DNA of 60,584 bases, filler included, from Platydemus manokwari (taxonomy: Eukaryota): the NCBI GenBank assembly GCA_037951405.1. It is 5 parts of 5 records of this genome, joined end to end, with 100 filler letters (N's around TTAATTAATTAA, not from the genome) between each part and the next. Parts side by side here need not be neighbours in the genome. Positions count along the whole stretch, not along the records: positions 39,463 to 60,584 come from JBBMOY011433644.1; 4 more parts are not named here. One strand, written 5' to 3'. Below, in pieces: positions 39,363 to 52,900 of this stretch. The first letter of the stretch is position 1. Every line of letters starts with the position of its first letter. Under the pieces are notes generated by a model, which was given only the letters and a program-made list of their open reading frames with translations, did not search any database and was not told the origin of the DNA. The translations under genes were made by a program, and so were the position numbers.

Positions 39363-39462
39363 NNNNNNNNNNNNNNNNNNNNNNNNNNNNNNNNNNNNNN
39401 NNNNNNTTAATTAATTAANNNNNNNNNNNNNNNNNNNNNNNNNNNNNNNNNNNNNNNNNNNN
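39363..39462. other. Assembly spacer N44-TTAATTAATTAA-N44
   Basis: Same 100-nt spacer. Confidence 0.97.
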
Positions 39463-42130
39463 CAACTATTTAGATGTTTTTTTCTTGGAATAGACAACTG
39501 CCCTCTATGAATTCACCCTGATCATTTCCCATTTTTTATTTTTTGACTAATTATCTTTTTTATTAATTTTATATTTTATTTAGTTTATTTTTAGATTCCT
39601 ATGCATTTTTGGTTCTAATTTTGTAATTTATAATTATTTTATCTAATTATTAAATTATATTTTCTATTTTTAGAAGATTTTTGGTGTCTGAATTTTGAAA
39701 AATTTTATTTACTTTTATTATTTATTTTGGGTTATTCGATATCCAACATATCCAAAACAAATTATTTTTACCTTAGAATATGTATATAATATATAATTGT
39801 TAGGAATAAGAATAACAAATATAGTGATAATAATCCCAAAAATAGATAAGTTTCGGTAACTCGTATGAGGACGAAGTTACCCAATAGATCTCGGAAAACT
39901 CTGAAGGTTGAAACTTATAAAATTTGTTGACTGCTGCAACAATGATTGTTTATTCTACTGCAGTAAATATAGCTAGTACTGAACTCACAGAACAATAAGT
40001 TAATATGATTATAATTATGCAATGTGCGTAGAGATATGATGAATATGATAATCACTTGGTTAATATTGGTAAGATGTATTTAGAAAGAATGAAAATTAAA
40101 TAAGAACCGTAAGAACACAAAAATTCCCAAGCTGTGCAACGCACTAGACAAGTAGATTTCTGCAAAATATTCACATGAGGAATATCAGAAAATACCAAAT
40201 GGAGACGATTGTTAATAAGGTTAATTGATAATGATTGCGATAAGGACAGTACTATTAATCAAAATATAAAATGTACTCACTTTCAAAAATCTACTGCTTG
40301 TAATAATCTTTGCTCGCTTCTTGCAATGTTTTCACTCTGAATCCGAATTCAAGATATTTTTAGTGGATGGATGTTATGAAATATATCCCGCCTTTATTTT
40401 CTTACCATTTGTTTTGTTTTCATTTATTTTAAATTTTGATTTTTTCGATAGTGTTTCTTCATTTTTTATATATCATTGTCTGATTACTAGTTATATTTGT
40501 TCATAAAATACGTAACAATTTTCTGATTTACCATTTGTATGTCTAGCTTCTATTTCTATTCTCATTTTTTAATTTGGTAAAATTTTTTCTAGCATTGCTT
40601 ATTGCGATTTTATTATGATTATAATTTTAGTATTATTATTATGTTATTATTATTCAATTTTCTATAATTGTTTGTTTTAATACTTTGATTTTAGAATTTT
40701 AATTTATTATTATTATTTATATTTATTATTATTATTTGGTTTAAATGTTATTTATCATTTTAATCATTTGTTTAGAATTTGTCGCATCCCTTTAGTTCTT
40801 CCGATTTACTATTCACAAGATATATAAAACAATGACCATTTTATTAAAAATCATAATCATCCAAAAGATAATTAATCACAAACTAATATTATTACATATT
40901 ATCATTACGAATAACCGCATCAAGCTGAAGCAAAATAAAGAGAAAAGCAAGTCTTTTAAAATTCGAGTCAATCAATTCGTAAGTTTAAAGATCAGTTAGA
41001 TAAGTGTATAAAGTTTAATTAAGGTTTAAATAATAGTAAAAATATTGAATCATCTTTTCGTTGGTCGGATTGATTTGAAATCATAAAAATGAAATATATT
41101 TATTTAACACAATTAAATCAATTATAACATCTAAATATTGATTAATTAAGTAACAGTGCTTTGTGTGATGTTTTTATCTTGCCTTGACAAAATAGCTAGA
41201 CTTACAAGCTTACCAAACCTTACTTGATAATAAATATGAATCTTTTGTTCTTATAAACTCTGTCTGTGTGGACATTATCAACTAGGATTTGATTCCGAAA
41301 CTTCTGGACTTTGTTGCCCCAGTAGAACTTCATTCGTTCTTCTTTTATCAATTCCCCTTTTTGCAGCCTACAAACATTTAAAACTTGCTTTATGGTAACA
41401 GGAACTAAGTAAATTTAACGTTTTGTAAAATCGCATTTAAATATTACAAACTGTGTACTCCTACTACTATAGGGCTTTGTCTCAAATATTTTTCATTACT
41501 TTTGTCAAAATATTACGGGAGTATTACCGGAGGGATTCATTAACCATAATTTTTCGTTAGATTATTTTTACAATATAACACCTATATATTTTTAATCATA
41601 CTCATCATTGTTATTTCCATTGTTAAACTGAGTCTCACTAAAATTTTTAATCAGTAAAATATAGGGTAATGCTGTATTATTATTTATCAAGATAAACTTC
41701 ATACAATAAGAGATTCATAGCACAGAAATTAAATGATAAATACTGCAATGTCTTCTGCTATGCAAGATTTGTAAACATATGTAACACATTGTATAACACT
41801 AAATCATAACATCAGAATGAAAATAAGGCATAAAAATCATTCAATCATGTTAAAGAAATCTATAAAAATCTCGACTTGCTTTCAATTATGGTAAAAAACA
41901 ATTTATGTTAAAAATCGATAATGTTAAAAATGTTACAATTATGTTAAAATTGTAAAAAATCATCGTTAAAATTTAACAAATTGATCAATATAATCAATAT
42001 AATTTAAATAAGCAATCATTGAATAACTTTACATTCTGAATAAGCATGTTGTTTAAATCAAATAATACAAATATAATAATAAATTATGAGTACACACAAG
42101 TACAAAACAAACAATTATGACAATTCGTAC

Positions 42131-42210
42131 GTTGCCATGACAACTTATGTAGCTGCTATGGAAACTAAAAAACACCAAATCAAAAGAAACACAACAAAAA
42201 CAGCCAATAA
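42131..42210 (+). promoter_or_regulatory. Tandem RFX X-box-like motifs plus CCAAT in a repeat-derived segment
   Basis: gttgccatgacaac (42131-42144), gctgctatggaaac (42152-42165), ccaat near 42204. Homologous to 48523-48610. Confidence 0.55.
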
Positions 42211-43441
42211 TAGTGTAAAAGGAAAACAAAAACAGACAAAATTACACAAATAATTTTGGCAAACAAAACTTACTAAACAATTAGGATCTCATCAGTCACA
42301 TAATGAGTGATTTTTAGTTATTATTGTTCATATTTAATGTTAGTAATCACTGTATAATTGGTTCTGTGTTTTTTGCACTACATTTAGGAGTGGTCGGACT
42401 TGGGAAAAGGTATTTTATAATTTATTGAGGTTATTGTGCAAATTATTTGTTGGAATCTGGAATTGAAATTACTGTGTGAGATTCTCATTGTTTAGGATTA
42501 GGATATTTGTTATTATTTGTATTTTCTGCAGTCTCCAATAATGAGATGAATGTTAAAATTAGTAAATAAAATTTTGTTCAAATTATTGTTATTATTGGGA
42601 TAATGTTATTATTAGAATTGCTCCATTGAAACTGGAATTTAAATTGGACTTGACTTTGGTTTTCATCGGAATTAGAGAATACAATTCGAAACTTTATAGT
42701 ACGCAAATTGTACAATTCAATTTAAGGGTTTTGTGTGAATCCTACACAGATGTATTTAATGGCATAACTTTAATCATTGAGATTACTTTATAATAATATT
42801 TTTGTAATAACCTGTGCCAAATATTCATTTTCTAGCTGCAGATTGAAATTAAAATTCATATTATTAGCAATTTATTGTGGTGAATTTGAATTATTTACAT
42901 CGCTCAACATAAAGAAGAGTTTCAAATAGATTCTTAACGAAACAGATTGTTCCAGTTTTGTAGAACTATATGAGTCCCTGATCAAAAGATTAACGTATAA
43001 AAAAGACACGTTATAATATGAGTGATGGAAAACTGACCAACGAGAAAGCTTATTAACATTCTTTATTGTCTTCAAAACTTCATAGTGCAGGGTAGCTATA
43101 GAATAAGTCATAAAATTAATTTAATATATTATTTATTTTAAAATTTTAAGATGTAATGATTTTGTATCGGTGTAATTAATAAATGTCATATAGATCGAAT
43201 GGCTTTCAATTGTCACTAGAATGATTTTTAAAAATTATAATTTTGTTAAATTTATATATTTCTCATATTATAGCACATTTAATTCAAAATCTCTGATATT
43301 TTAATTTAATTTAAATTGTTAATAAATTTTAAATAAATTACAAATTGTATTACTTATTTAATTTCTTTTTATTGATTTTGAATGTATTTATTATATGAAA
43401 TATTTGTTTAAATATTCAGAATAAATGAAAATAAATTAATA

Positions 43442-44511
43442 ATGTCTAGACCCGAACATCAGTTACCACCAGAATTAGTATTGTTTTTAACTATTAATAA
43501 CTTTTCCTATCACTTATATAATTTATAGTTTTACAATGAAACTGAAGCAAATAAATATTCTAATAAGTACTATTATTTTTTATTAACAAAACAGAAATTT
43601 ATGTATGGCTAGTACACGAATAATGGAAATTCAGTCTGAATTATCAGCAAGAGCTTTAGAATTATTGAGCTTAGACAATGAATCTTCATTACTGTTAGAC
43701 ATAGGGTACGTTGAATATGTTTAATTTTATTTCTTATCTAATACCGTAGTTGTGGTTCAGGTATAAGTGGTACCGTTATTACAGAATCTGGCCATCAGTG
43801 GATTGGTGTTGATATTAGTTCAGCTATGTTAGGTTGGGTTTTATTATAAATATTCGAAAAGTTGTTTAATATTTGTAGCTATTGCCAAAGAAAAAAACGA
43901 AGGTGAAATAATTCATAATGATATTGGATCTGGTCTGCCTTTCAAAGGTGGTGTTTTTGATGGTGCAATAAGTATATCGGCAGTGCAATGGTTATGTTAC
44001 TCTTGTAAATCTGTTGATAATCCAAAAGCAAGACTAAAATCGTTTTTCACAAATCTCTATGCATGTTTGGTAAGCGCTTATGGCTTGGAAATAAATTAGT
44101 AAATTATAATTGATAATATTTGTTGATTTAGAAACGCGATGCCAGAGCCGTTATTCAATTTTATCCAGAAAACGCAGATCAATCAGCCATCGTTTTCGCC
44201 GCAGCCCAAAATGCCGGTTTCACCGGTGGCTTGATCATTGATTATCCAAACAGTTCTAAAAATAGAAAGTAAATTTCATTGGTTGGTTGTTAATCATTAG
44301 TTATTTATATTTCCCAAACAGGCATTTCCTCGTGCTCAATGTTTCACCAGCGAAACCTATGCCCAAAGCTTTGGACGATACGATCATGCTCAAGCGAATG
44401 GCTATCAAAGAATCGAAAGGCAATCGCACCAATATCAAACATCGACCACACAAAAATGATGGCAATAAGAAATCGAAATATTCTGGACGAAATAGAGGGC
44501 CTCGATTTTGA
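43442..44511 (+). CDS. BUD23: 18S rRNA (guanine-N7)-methyltransferase BUD23/WBSCR22
   Basis: Seven GT-AG exons: 43442-43477, 43529-43566, 43613-43705, 43750-43832, 43879-44069, 44132-44268, 44322-44511. Motifs MSRPEHQLPPELFYN, LLDIGCGSGISG, WIGVDISSAML, FDGAISISAVQWLC, RAVIQFYPEN, AGFTGGLIIDYPNS, C-terminal KYSGRNRGPRF. Confidence 0.97.
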
Positions 44512-45510
44512 AAAAAATATAATTTTTGATTAATCTCCATGACTACGAGTTTTCTCTAAATTATTTTTAATTTTTGCACAAAAGATTATTTGTCAGATTT
44601 TTTCGATTATATGCATTCCTGTTATTATGGTGATGTCTCTACTCGAGTTATTAACAGTATCTTCTTGTAACGATTTACCTGATTAGCCAATCATCGCTTA
44701 AATTTTGGAGAAATTAATTTATGACTTCAATGTTTAGCAAATTGATGACTACCAAAATATAATTTTTATAATGATGAAGAGTATCTGATCATTTTTTGCA
44801 ACCGGTCCAGAAACTTTGCTCGTAAAAATTGAATCAAATTACCATTCAAGATGTTGATTTCGTGTAGACAACTAAATATTCATCGATTTTCATAATTTTC
44901 TTTCTAAAATATTTAATCCTCGAATAATTTATTCTAAGCAGATACAATTTCATTCGTCAATTGATTGCACGAGACACACACACTCATTAAAAAAGAAATG
45001 AGTTGTACAATTTGTACGAGAAATTAATTTTATATTTTTAATCTGATCGAAATAAACAACCATTTTTCAAGATAATTTTCTTTAATTTTTGGTCAACATT
45101 GAAATGAATAAAATCGATCAATTCTTATTATTATTCGAAAAGATTGTTAGCACGTATAAACATTTTATTTCCACTATATTTTACAATTGAAGCGGAGACA
45201 TTTTCTAATTATTTTACGAAAGCTAAGGTTTTATTAATCATCTGCTTTCAATGCGGTCACTTCAATTATAAAAATTATTCTCCAAGGTACACCAATTTCA
45301 GTTAAAATATTGCCTTATTTGATTACTGCTATATCTATCGACAGAACTATATAGCGGCCAAAGTTGAAGCAAACAAATTATAAATAATTAAACATAGAAA
45401 CCGTATCTATGTTTCCATCGAAATATTTTTTATCCAAACAACATTCAACTCAGATATAAATTACATTGTGGTTTCAAAACAACGCGAAACAAAATTTATT
45501 GGGTGTTAAT

Positions 45511-46019
45511 TTATGAAACCAAAACTCCACTCGATGCTGCTGTTTCTTTAGCTTCAACTTTTTGATCAGTTTTTTCAGATCCAAATTTAATACCGTGTTT
45601 TTCTTTATAAGCTATGATATCCTTTGTTTTTTGATTACAATTGTTGTTAATCACTTCAATCATTTTTTTCAACTAAACGAATAATTAATAAATAAATACC
45701 GAAAATGATAAATATAACTTGTTCTTCATTTTCTTGTAAACAAGGTAATACTTCTTTAACCGTTTGTTCAACTAATACTCCACCTAATGTTCGGAAACAT
45801 TTTCTGTCAGAGTTAGCCTCGCTTAAAACTTTAATGACAAGACTAAACTGTTTGATAAAACTACAATTTGCAATTTACACTAATTTACCCATGTTCACGC
45901 AATTCCATTTCAAGTTCACTCAACTTTGAAGCCATTGCTTTCTGCTCCATTAGCATATTTTGAAATTCATTGAAAATTTCTTGTTGCGACTTCGGATTCT
46001 TATCTGACTTCTTATTCAT
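45511..46019 (-). CDS. PFDN2: Prefoldin subunit 2
   Basis: Three exons: 46019-45889, 45842-45719, 45672-45511. Translation includes EQKAMASKLSELEMELREHGLVIKVL...DRKCFRTLGGVLVEQTVKEVLPCL...SSGVLVS. Confidence 0.96.
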
Positions 46020-47899
46020 CGTTAATTTTAAAAATATTTAATAGTAATTTCAAATAAACAAAGTACGTAATAAAATAAATAACAAATGCCGTTAATTATT
46101 TTCGTAAAATTAGTAAGAAGTTCAATCGAATAAATTCTTTTGGAAATAATTTCGAAAATCATTATGAGATTTAAAAAAGTGTAATAAAAAGCTTAAAATT
46201 TGTAAGAATTGTTCCCTTATAATCAAGATTGTCTCTATCACAAGTTTAAAATTAAAAATAAATTTATATATTGTTTCCAAATTCATAATGCTACACTTAT
46301 TAAAATCGTAAAGAAACTCTGAAAATCAAAATAATTAATTAATTGCTAAAACACAATAAAACTGTTTAAATGTTGCTACTAAACTCAATAGAGTATGGGT
46401 ATAAACGTGTTGCTTAAATATGAAACCTCTAGATTATTTAAGCAATTAAATATCATAACAACAGTTTCTTTATCAAATTTATTAAATAAAACCCATCAAA
46501 TTACAGAAGAAATTGTAGATCATGCAGATAAACTCGCATTTCTATTTTACAAACAAATAACAGGGTTATTGTGTCGAGAGCGTAAGAATTTAGAGATTTC
46601 CTTTCGAATTTTTAAGAATAGGTTATATATGATATCTTATTTTTACTTCAAAAGATGAATACTTTTAGGATGTTAATTATTCTACTATTAAGATTGGAAG
46701 ACATCTATCACCATTAGCGCTTATGGTGCATGGAGGAGCATGATAGCCGATGTAGAAACAGCACAAACCAAAGCACTACATAGTACTTCGAATATAACCT
46801 AAATACCATAAATTGCTGTCCAAACAAGAATTGCGCCCCAGATAGTATTTAAAAAGCGGTTAACATCAATAGGGATTAATCGAGTATGGATAACATGGAA
46901 AAGAAGAACTGGAGCATGGATTTAGACGCTTATGGGTTATTGGACTTGGTACTGATCTCAAAAACGACTAGTCATTCCAATAATCAAACATTTGTGATTT
47001 ATATATCATTTTAAAAAAAATTATTAATTTTTGTGGGTTGTATAATCTTTGTATATTATATACAAAAAATATATGTTATTATATATAAAAATTTAGAAAT
47101 AAAATAAATTAGACAATTTCATATTGGCAAATTAAGTAGGAATAAAAAGAAAATTTAATTAATAATTTTAAAGTTTGACAAATCATATAATACAATTTCC
47201 AATGTCAGTTAAATTTAATAAATTTTTCAGTTTAAAAATTTTTAAAATCGTGAATAAATAAGGAGCAAAGTCAACAAAATGATAAAAATTTGTAAAAGTG
47301 ATGGAAAATCCTAAGCATAAAGCATCGAACTTCAACAACTATATAAGCTGATCGATTTTCATCGCAATTCACTCCTACGAAAAACTTCGAAAGTTAATTA
47401 CAATTTGTTGAAAGCTATTTGGCTATCTACAAAGAAAATGTGTGATAAATTTTGGTAATTTTTAAAGAAGAATGAACAGTTGTTCAAAAAGATCAGACCT
47501 TTTGAACCCACGGATAACTTAACTAATTTGTTGTTGTCTAATATCTCGTTAGAGTTTAATTTGTGTAAATTCTGTTTGTTAATATTTCAAATAAGAATTT
47601 ATATTGTTAGTTGATTTGATTTTCTAATTTAATGCCGTAAAAACAATAAAACTGTTTGATAATATAAAAACAATAGGAGCTCAAGCTGTTGAAAATAACA
47701 ACCATAAACAGCCTTTACAATCCATCACAAAAATCAGTTATCGTTCAGATTATATGAAAAATAGTTAAATCTTTCATATAAATAATAGTGATCAGCAGCA
47801 ATTTCTTTATTCTCGAATTTTTATAAATGTTCGAATATCAACTCGTCGACTTTAAAAAGGGATCAACTCTAAGCATTTTGAACCCAATGACAAATGTTT

Positions 47900-48295
47900 T
47901 TAATTTTTAAATTTTTGTTAGTTTTCTGTACTTTGTACCGTTTGTCACTTTCTATTTATCCATGGTTCATATGGGCTAACAGTCATGGACATTATTTCAC
48001 TTCTGTATTATCTGAATATAATAAGAATTGGTCGTTGTTCATTTTTCTGACTCTCTTGTGTTTTGGTATTTTTGGCTCCCCCAACACATTTTATAGATTT
48101 GTTGTGTGTGTTAGCTTGATGTGCTGCAGCTATGATTTTCCTTTATTAGACTGTTGATAAATTTCTTTCAGTCTCTCATGTTGTAATGTGCATATTAATG
48201 TTTACTGCCCTTTGTAAGGAAAACGATCAAACATCAAAGCACATCTGACATCCGAACAATCAATCACATCTGCATATCTGCAGGAACAGTATTGT
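47900..48295 (-). mobile_element. Penelope-like GIY-YIG endonuclease fragment
   Basis: Minus strand ETERNLST..IKE.H, a remnant of the YIGETxRxLxxRxxEH motif, near 48140-48178. Confidence 0.6.
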
Positions 48296-48329
48296 AAGAA
48301 ACAACAAGATATTACAAAGATATTAAATG

Positions 48330-50320
48330 AAAAATGAAATTATCTATTTAAGATTGAGAATGTAGATAATAAAGATATTATAAATCAACTCAAAGATATA
48401 ATAAACAAAAATTAACGAAGCATATGTAATGTTCAAATTCTGATCATTACAAAATGTGCTTAATTGGTGGATCAAGTAATTCAATTTTGAAAAATAACAA
48501 TATAAACACCACAATAAATACTGTAGCCATGGCAACTTACTAGTTGTCAAGACTACTTACCTGGTTGTTATGGAAACCAGATAGGAAAATAAAAATAAAA
48601 ATAACCAATCAGAAACAAAAATAAACAAACCAAATCAGGATATAAAGGAACATAAAATTACAAAATAGCACAAATGATTTTGTCAATCCTAAGAGAAGGA
48701 AGTAACTAGTACAGAAGAAAACCAGATGTTAGTAATTCGTACTTATTATTATTAATTATAAATAATGTTAATATTATCTGAAAGGAAATTATTAAATAAT
48801 AAATTAACCATGTCAAAGTTCTTTCTTTCTAATTTTAGCTTATCTCCGCAAACTTCTTTTTATACTAAAGTTGTAGGCTAAAGTTCCAAATACTGGTTTT
48901 TCAACTGTCTTCAGTGCACGTCAATGTTACAATCATAAAATCAGTAAAAGTTAAGATCATCTAGTTTAATTATTGCCATTGTATAATAATTCATATTCAT
49001 TAAATAAACATTAATGTTATCGACTATTTTATTATAAATAACTCAAATTTATATGCGCAATCAACGCTTTACACTGGGACGAGTCATACGTTGGTGGAAC
49101 TGTCTAACCATGTAATTACTCTCACAGATAATAAAGTATCACATATATCACCTAGATCCATTCCATTATATGAGTATGATGTGATTCAAATCATTTAGGC
49201 CATAAGAAAGCTTCTTGAAGCTATATTTTAAATATTATACAAGGCTTTGCAAGCTTTACATACCAATTAAGTACTAGCTCTTAGAGTTCAAATAAAAAGT
49301 CAAAGATGTCTTGAAGTGACGATGAAAAATTTTCAGCAGATCCTGGACATATCACGAGGTCCGAAATTCCTCAAATAATCAATCAATCCCAAATAAAAAC
49401 AATAATAGAAAAACAGAAATATAAGAACCATTTATAGGCAGTCAAAATAAAATGCATACATTTCAAATTTAAAATTTCAATATAGACCCAGGGCTATTTC
49501 AATTATCAACTATCGGACGCATTACTCCCACATATCAGGGCAACTATCAGCCTACATATGGAAGATAAACCCTCAATCTTGTATAAAAAGTTTGACTAGC
49601 GGAGAACAAATTTGTGCCTCGTAAGAAATGGAACCAAAAAAATTAAACAATAATAAGGAAGAACAAAATAAATGAAATAATTAAAATAATAATGAAGCAT
49701 CGGTAATGAACCAAACAAATTCAACATGCCGAATTTGTGATATATGGTAATGCATTGCTATCACAGGCACAAGTGAAAACAAAATCAAATGTCACAAAAC
49801 TAACTACTGCACCCGGACTAATCTCCATTGCGAAAAACTTGAAAAAATGCTGACATCTAAAATTAATCTGATGATTCAAAGTAACACCAGTAAAAAGCAC
49901 GATGTCAATATACAGCGAAAAATCAAATATTTGGACACTTAAGCTGAAGTTGTCCAAAAGCACATGACAAATCACAACAGAAAGTGCTAATGGCATATGA
50001 ATCAATCACCCCTGACAAATGGATAAAACTACAATAACTTAAACGCGAATACATGGAACAAAAAGTCGAGCAGAACGTCTTCGGGCTCAGTAAGAGTTCT
50101 GCGGAATGCTGTGATCGCACCGATCAAGGGACATTGTTAGCAGTTACAAACTCAGACAAGCTTGTAAACGAGAAATGAAAAAATAATAAAGTGTACTTAC
50201 CAACAAAACTTAATACAAGGCAAAGAAACCCAAAATGAAATGAAGAAACAGATATGTTTTTCACTAATGATGACTCACAATTTTGTGCCAAAATACGACA
50301 ACAGTTACACGAGCAAAGAG
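48330..50320 (+). mobile_element. Decayed Penelope-like element with X-box/CCAAT leader, RT and GIY-YIG remnants
   Basis: Leader with three X-box-like units (48523-48577) and ccaatc. RT-like Y.Q....G segment near 49050, CRICD near 49727, VLMAYESI near 49985, and a degenerate hammerhead-like core at 50264-50300. Confidence 0.55.
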
Positions 50321-50699
50321 GTAAATTTAGAAATTATACAAAAGGAAACAGGTAGTACGACTCAAAATGACCAATAAAGCACAGGAGTGTTGTGTATATT
50401 CAACACACATTCCACTACACATTAATAACATGAATAATCAACCCTAAAATTAATTCGGGAAATTTAAAAATTCGCGTTGTTATGGTGATTGAAAAATTTA
50501 ATTCACGTCACCATCGTGATTAATATATTGCTAAGGTGAAAGCATTAGTAACGCGGTGTTAAAAATTGTAGGTGTTTCAATAAAGATAGAACTTCAATGG
50601 AGTTCAAATTATAAATGTGTCGGGATAATATACCCACTCAGGATGCAAGCCTTATAATATAACATATTACACAATAATAATAAATAATAATAATAATCG

Positions 50700-52900
50700 C
50701 AAATAAAGCCACATGTATTAAAATGTAGGCATATGGGCGGATTTATATTAATAATAGCCATAAAATTTTTGAAAAATGATTATTAATCCACATTGCCATG
50801 GCATTAATAAGCATAGACATAGAAATTTAAATACAAATTCAAACTGCCATGACAACGGTGGATATTGCCAAGGAAATTGGCAAATTAAATTAATCATGCA
50901 CCCACATTGCAAATCACTATAAATCCTGAAGTAAAATTCAGTATTTTCTCCACAAAACCGAACAAATCTGACAGGATCATATATTTGAGTTTCAAGATAA
51001 CTCCAAGATCTATTCAACGTTCTAAGATTATTTTAAATCCGAATTTCAACGAGTTGCAGAATTATTCAGCGTTCGACAAATCACTTTGATAAAGCTTTAT
51101 TCAGCAACGTGTATATTCACAAATGGTAAACTTAATTTTTTCTATCAAACAACTGATATCATTCTCCGAATGGAGATTTGTTGTCAGCAATTGATACGCC
51201 TCACAAAGTTGTAATTGAATTTGTGAGTATTAAAATTAAAATTTCTTTAGTTTATATTTCCCGACCAGCAACGGATTTCCTGCATTGCGTAACCATAAAA
51301 CTATACAAACTATTTTGCCAACCAATTAAAAATGAGATGAGGGATTCTCTAACCGCCTCGTGAAGAACAACTTTATGTTTGATAAATATTAGTTTTTTTT
51401 GTTAATTTTTTATTTTTTTAAGTTTTAAAATTAATAAATATAAAATAAATTTGAATAGACGAATGTAGAGAACATGGCCAGAAATAATCAAGATATATAT
51501 TAAATAGAGTCCAGCAAATATAATCAAGATATAAATAAATAATGACAGAATAAATATACCATTTTAATAATTCAAACAAGATTTAAGGTAAAATAATTAA
51601 TAAATTCCTAGAAAAAGACGTAGTCTTTATATCAAAAATGAAATTTAGTGACCATCCGGTTTTACTCCATAATGGAGCAAGTAAAACGCTATAAATACCG
51701 AAGCAATTCAATTAAGATTGCCATTAACAAAAATGGTGTCAAACAGATCATAAAAATTATCGAGTAGAAATTTCTAAAGAGAATCAATCGCAGCTAGAAT
51801 AATTATTATCTGACGAAATCGATTTCCACCAAGTCATTTAGAATCAACTAAAATCAAAGATATTAACAAATCTCTGACCGACGAAATCAGGTTTTTCTCA
51901 GAGCCTCTCATAAAATAATAGCTAGAACTTCAGAAGAGGTAATTTAATTCCTTTTACAGCATGCAAAAATAGAATTTTTTTCACGCTTGAATAGCTAGTT
52001 CAGTTAGTAAAGCATCAAAGATGTCTTGACTTTAGCATTTGTATGGGCAAGAACAGTTTCTTGATAACTGAAATTTTATTATGGGCTTGGCCATTGTGTT
52101 ATCAGCTTAAATAATGTTGTTAAATTGATGTAAAGACTTATCAGTGAGAAAAATTGTTTACTTACTTGGAGTCGAATATCTAACGAGAAGTTGCGTTCTA
52201 CACTCAACAGGTAATGAACAATTGGTTTATGAGGAATGATTAAAACACTACTGATAATGACAATATTATTCATCGAAGCCACCTATTTATCAAATGCGCT
52301 ACCCTGAATATCAGACAAAATTGAATCCGTCAAAAGATCAATCACTACAACCTAGTGAACCAATAGAATATTTGCCGCCAGAAATCTCAGCAATCCACAA
52401 ATTGATTCTGAATTCAATCACCACAGTAATAAAATCCAACTAAAAGTCACTGATTTAGCGGATAAGACATACTTTTTCTAAGAAAATAACCGTGGCAAAT
52501 TCTCAGATATCCTACATGATTCACTATCCATGCTTTTCTTTAACCATTGGTCCACAATAAAAAAAGACACGGACGACTGAGCAATGTTTCTTAGCTTCTC
52601 ATCTCTATGTCGTGTGTATCCATGTCAATTGAAACCCTGATAACAACAAGGTCCATATATAAATTATCGGACACAACATGAAGCAAATATCGTTTATCTT
52701 GGAGTTCCTAATAAAGGAATTACTCAGAGATGCCTATATGACTTACAAGATTTACACGTACAAAAGAAGAATGTCTGTTGGAAGTACTAACTCTCCAGCA
52801 CTGGTCAGTCTAAAACAGCAAGTTTATAACATAACTATTCGACCATTTGCAAATTGAAGACTTCAAATAGAGAAATCTCGAATCAGAATATCAGATACAT
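50700..52900 (-). mobile_element. Decayed LINE (non-LTR) RT-bearing fragment(s)
   Basis: II*ADNT (YADDT remnant) near 52095-52115 and a GVK..G-like segment near 51660. Many stops. Confidence 0.45.

Noticed and set aside
41200-42850. Possible LINE endonuclease (SETQF, CDF) and piggyBac (RFQQI, VRPLL) remnants
   Set aside because: The motifs are too short and degenerate to support a call by eye.
46690-46980. GC-richer patch upstream of PFDN2, possibly an RTE-type LINE tail
   Set aside because: No diagnostic motif or open frame.
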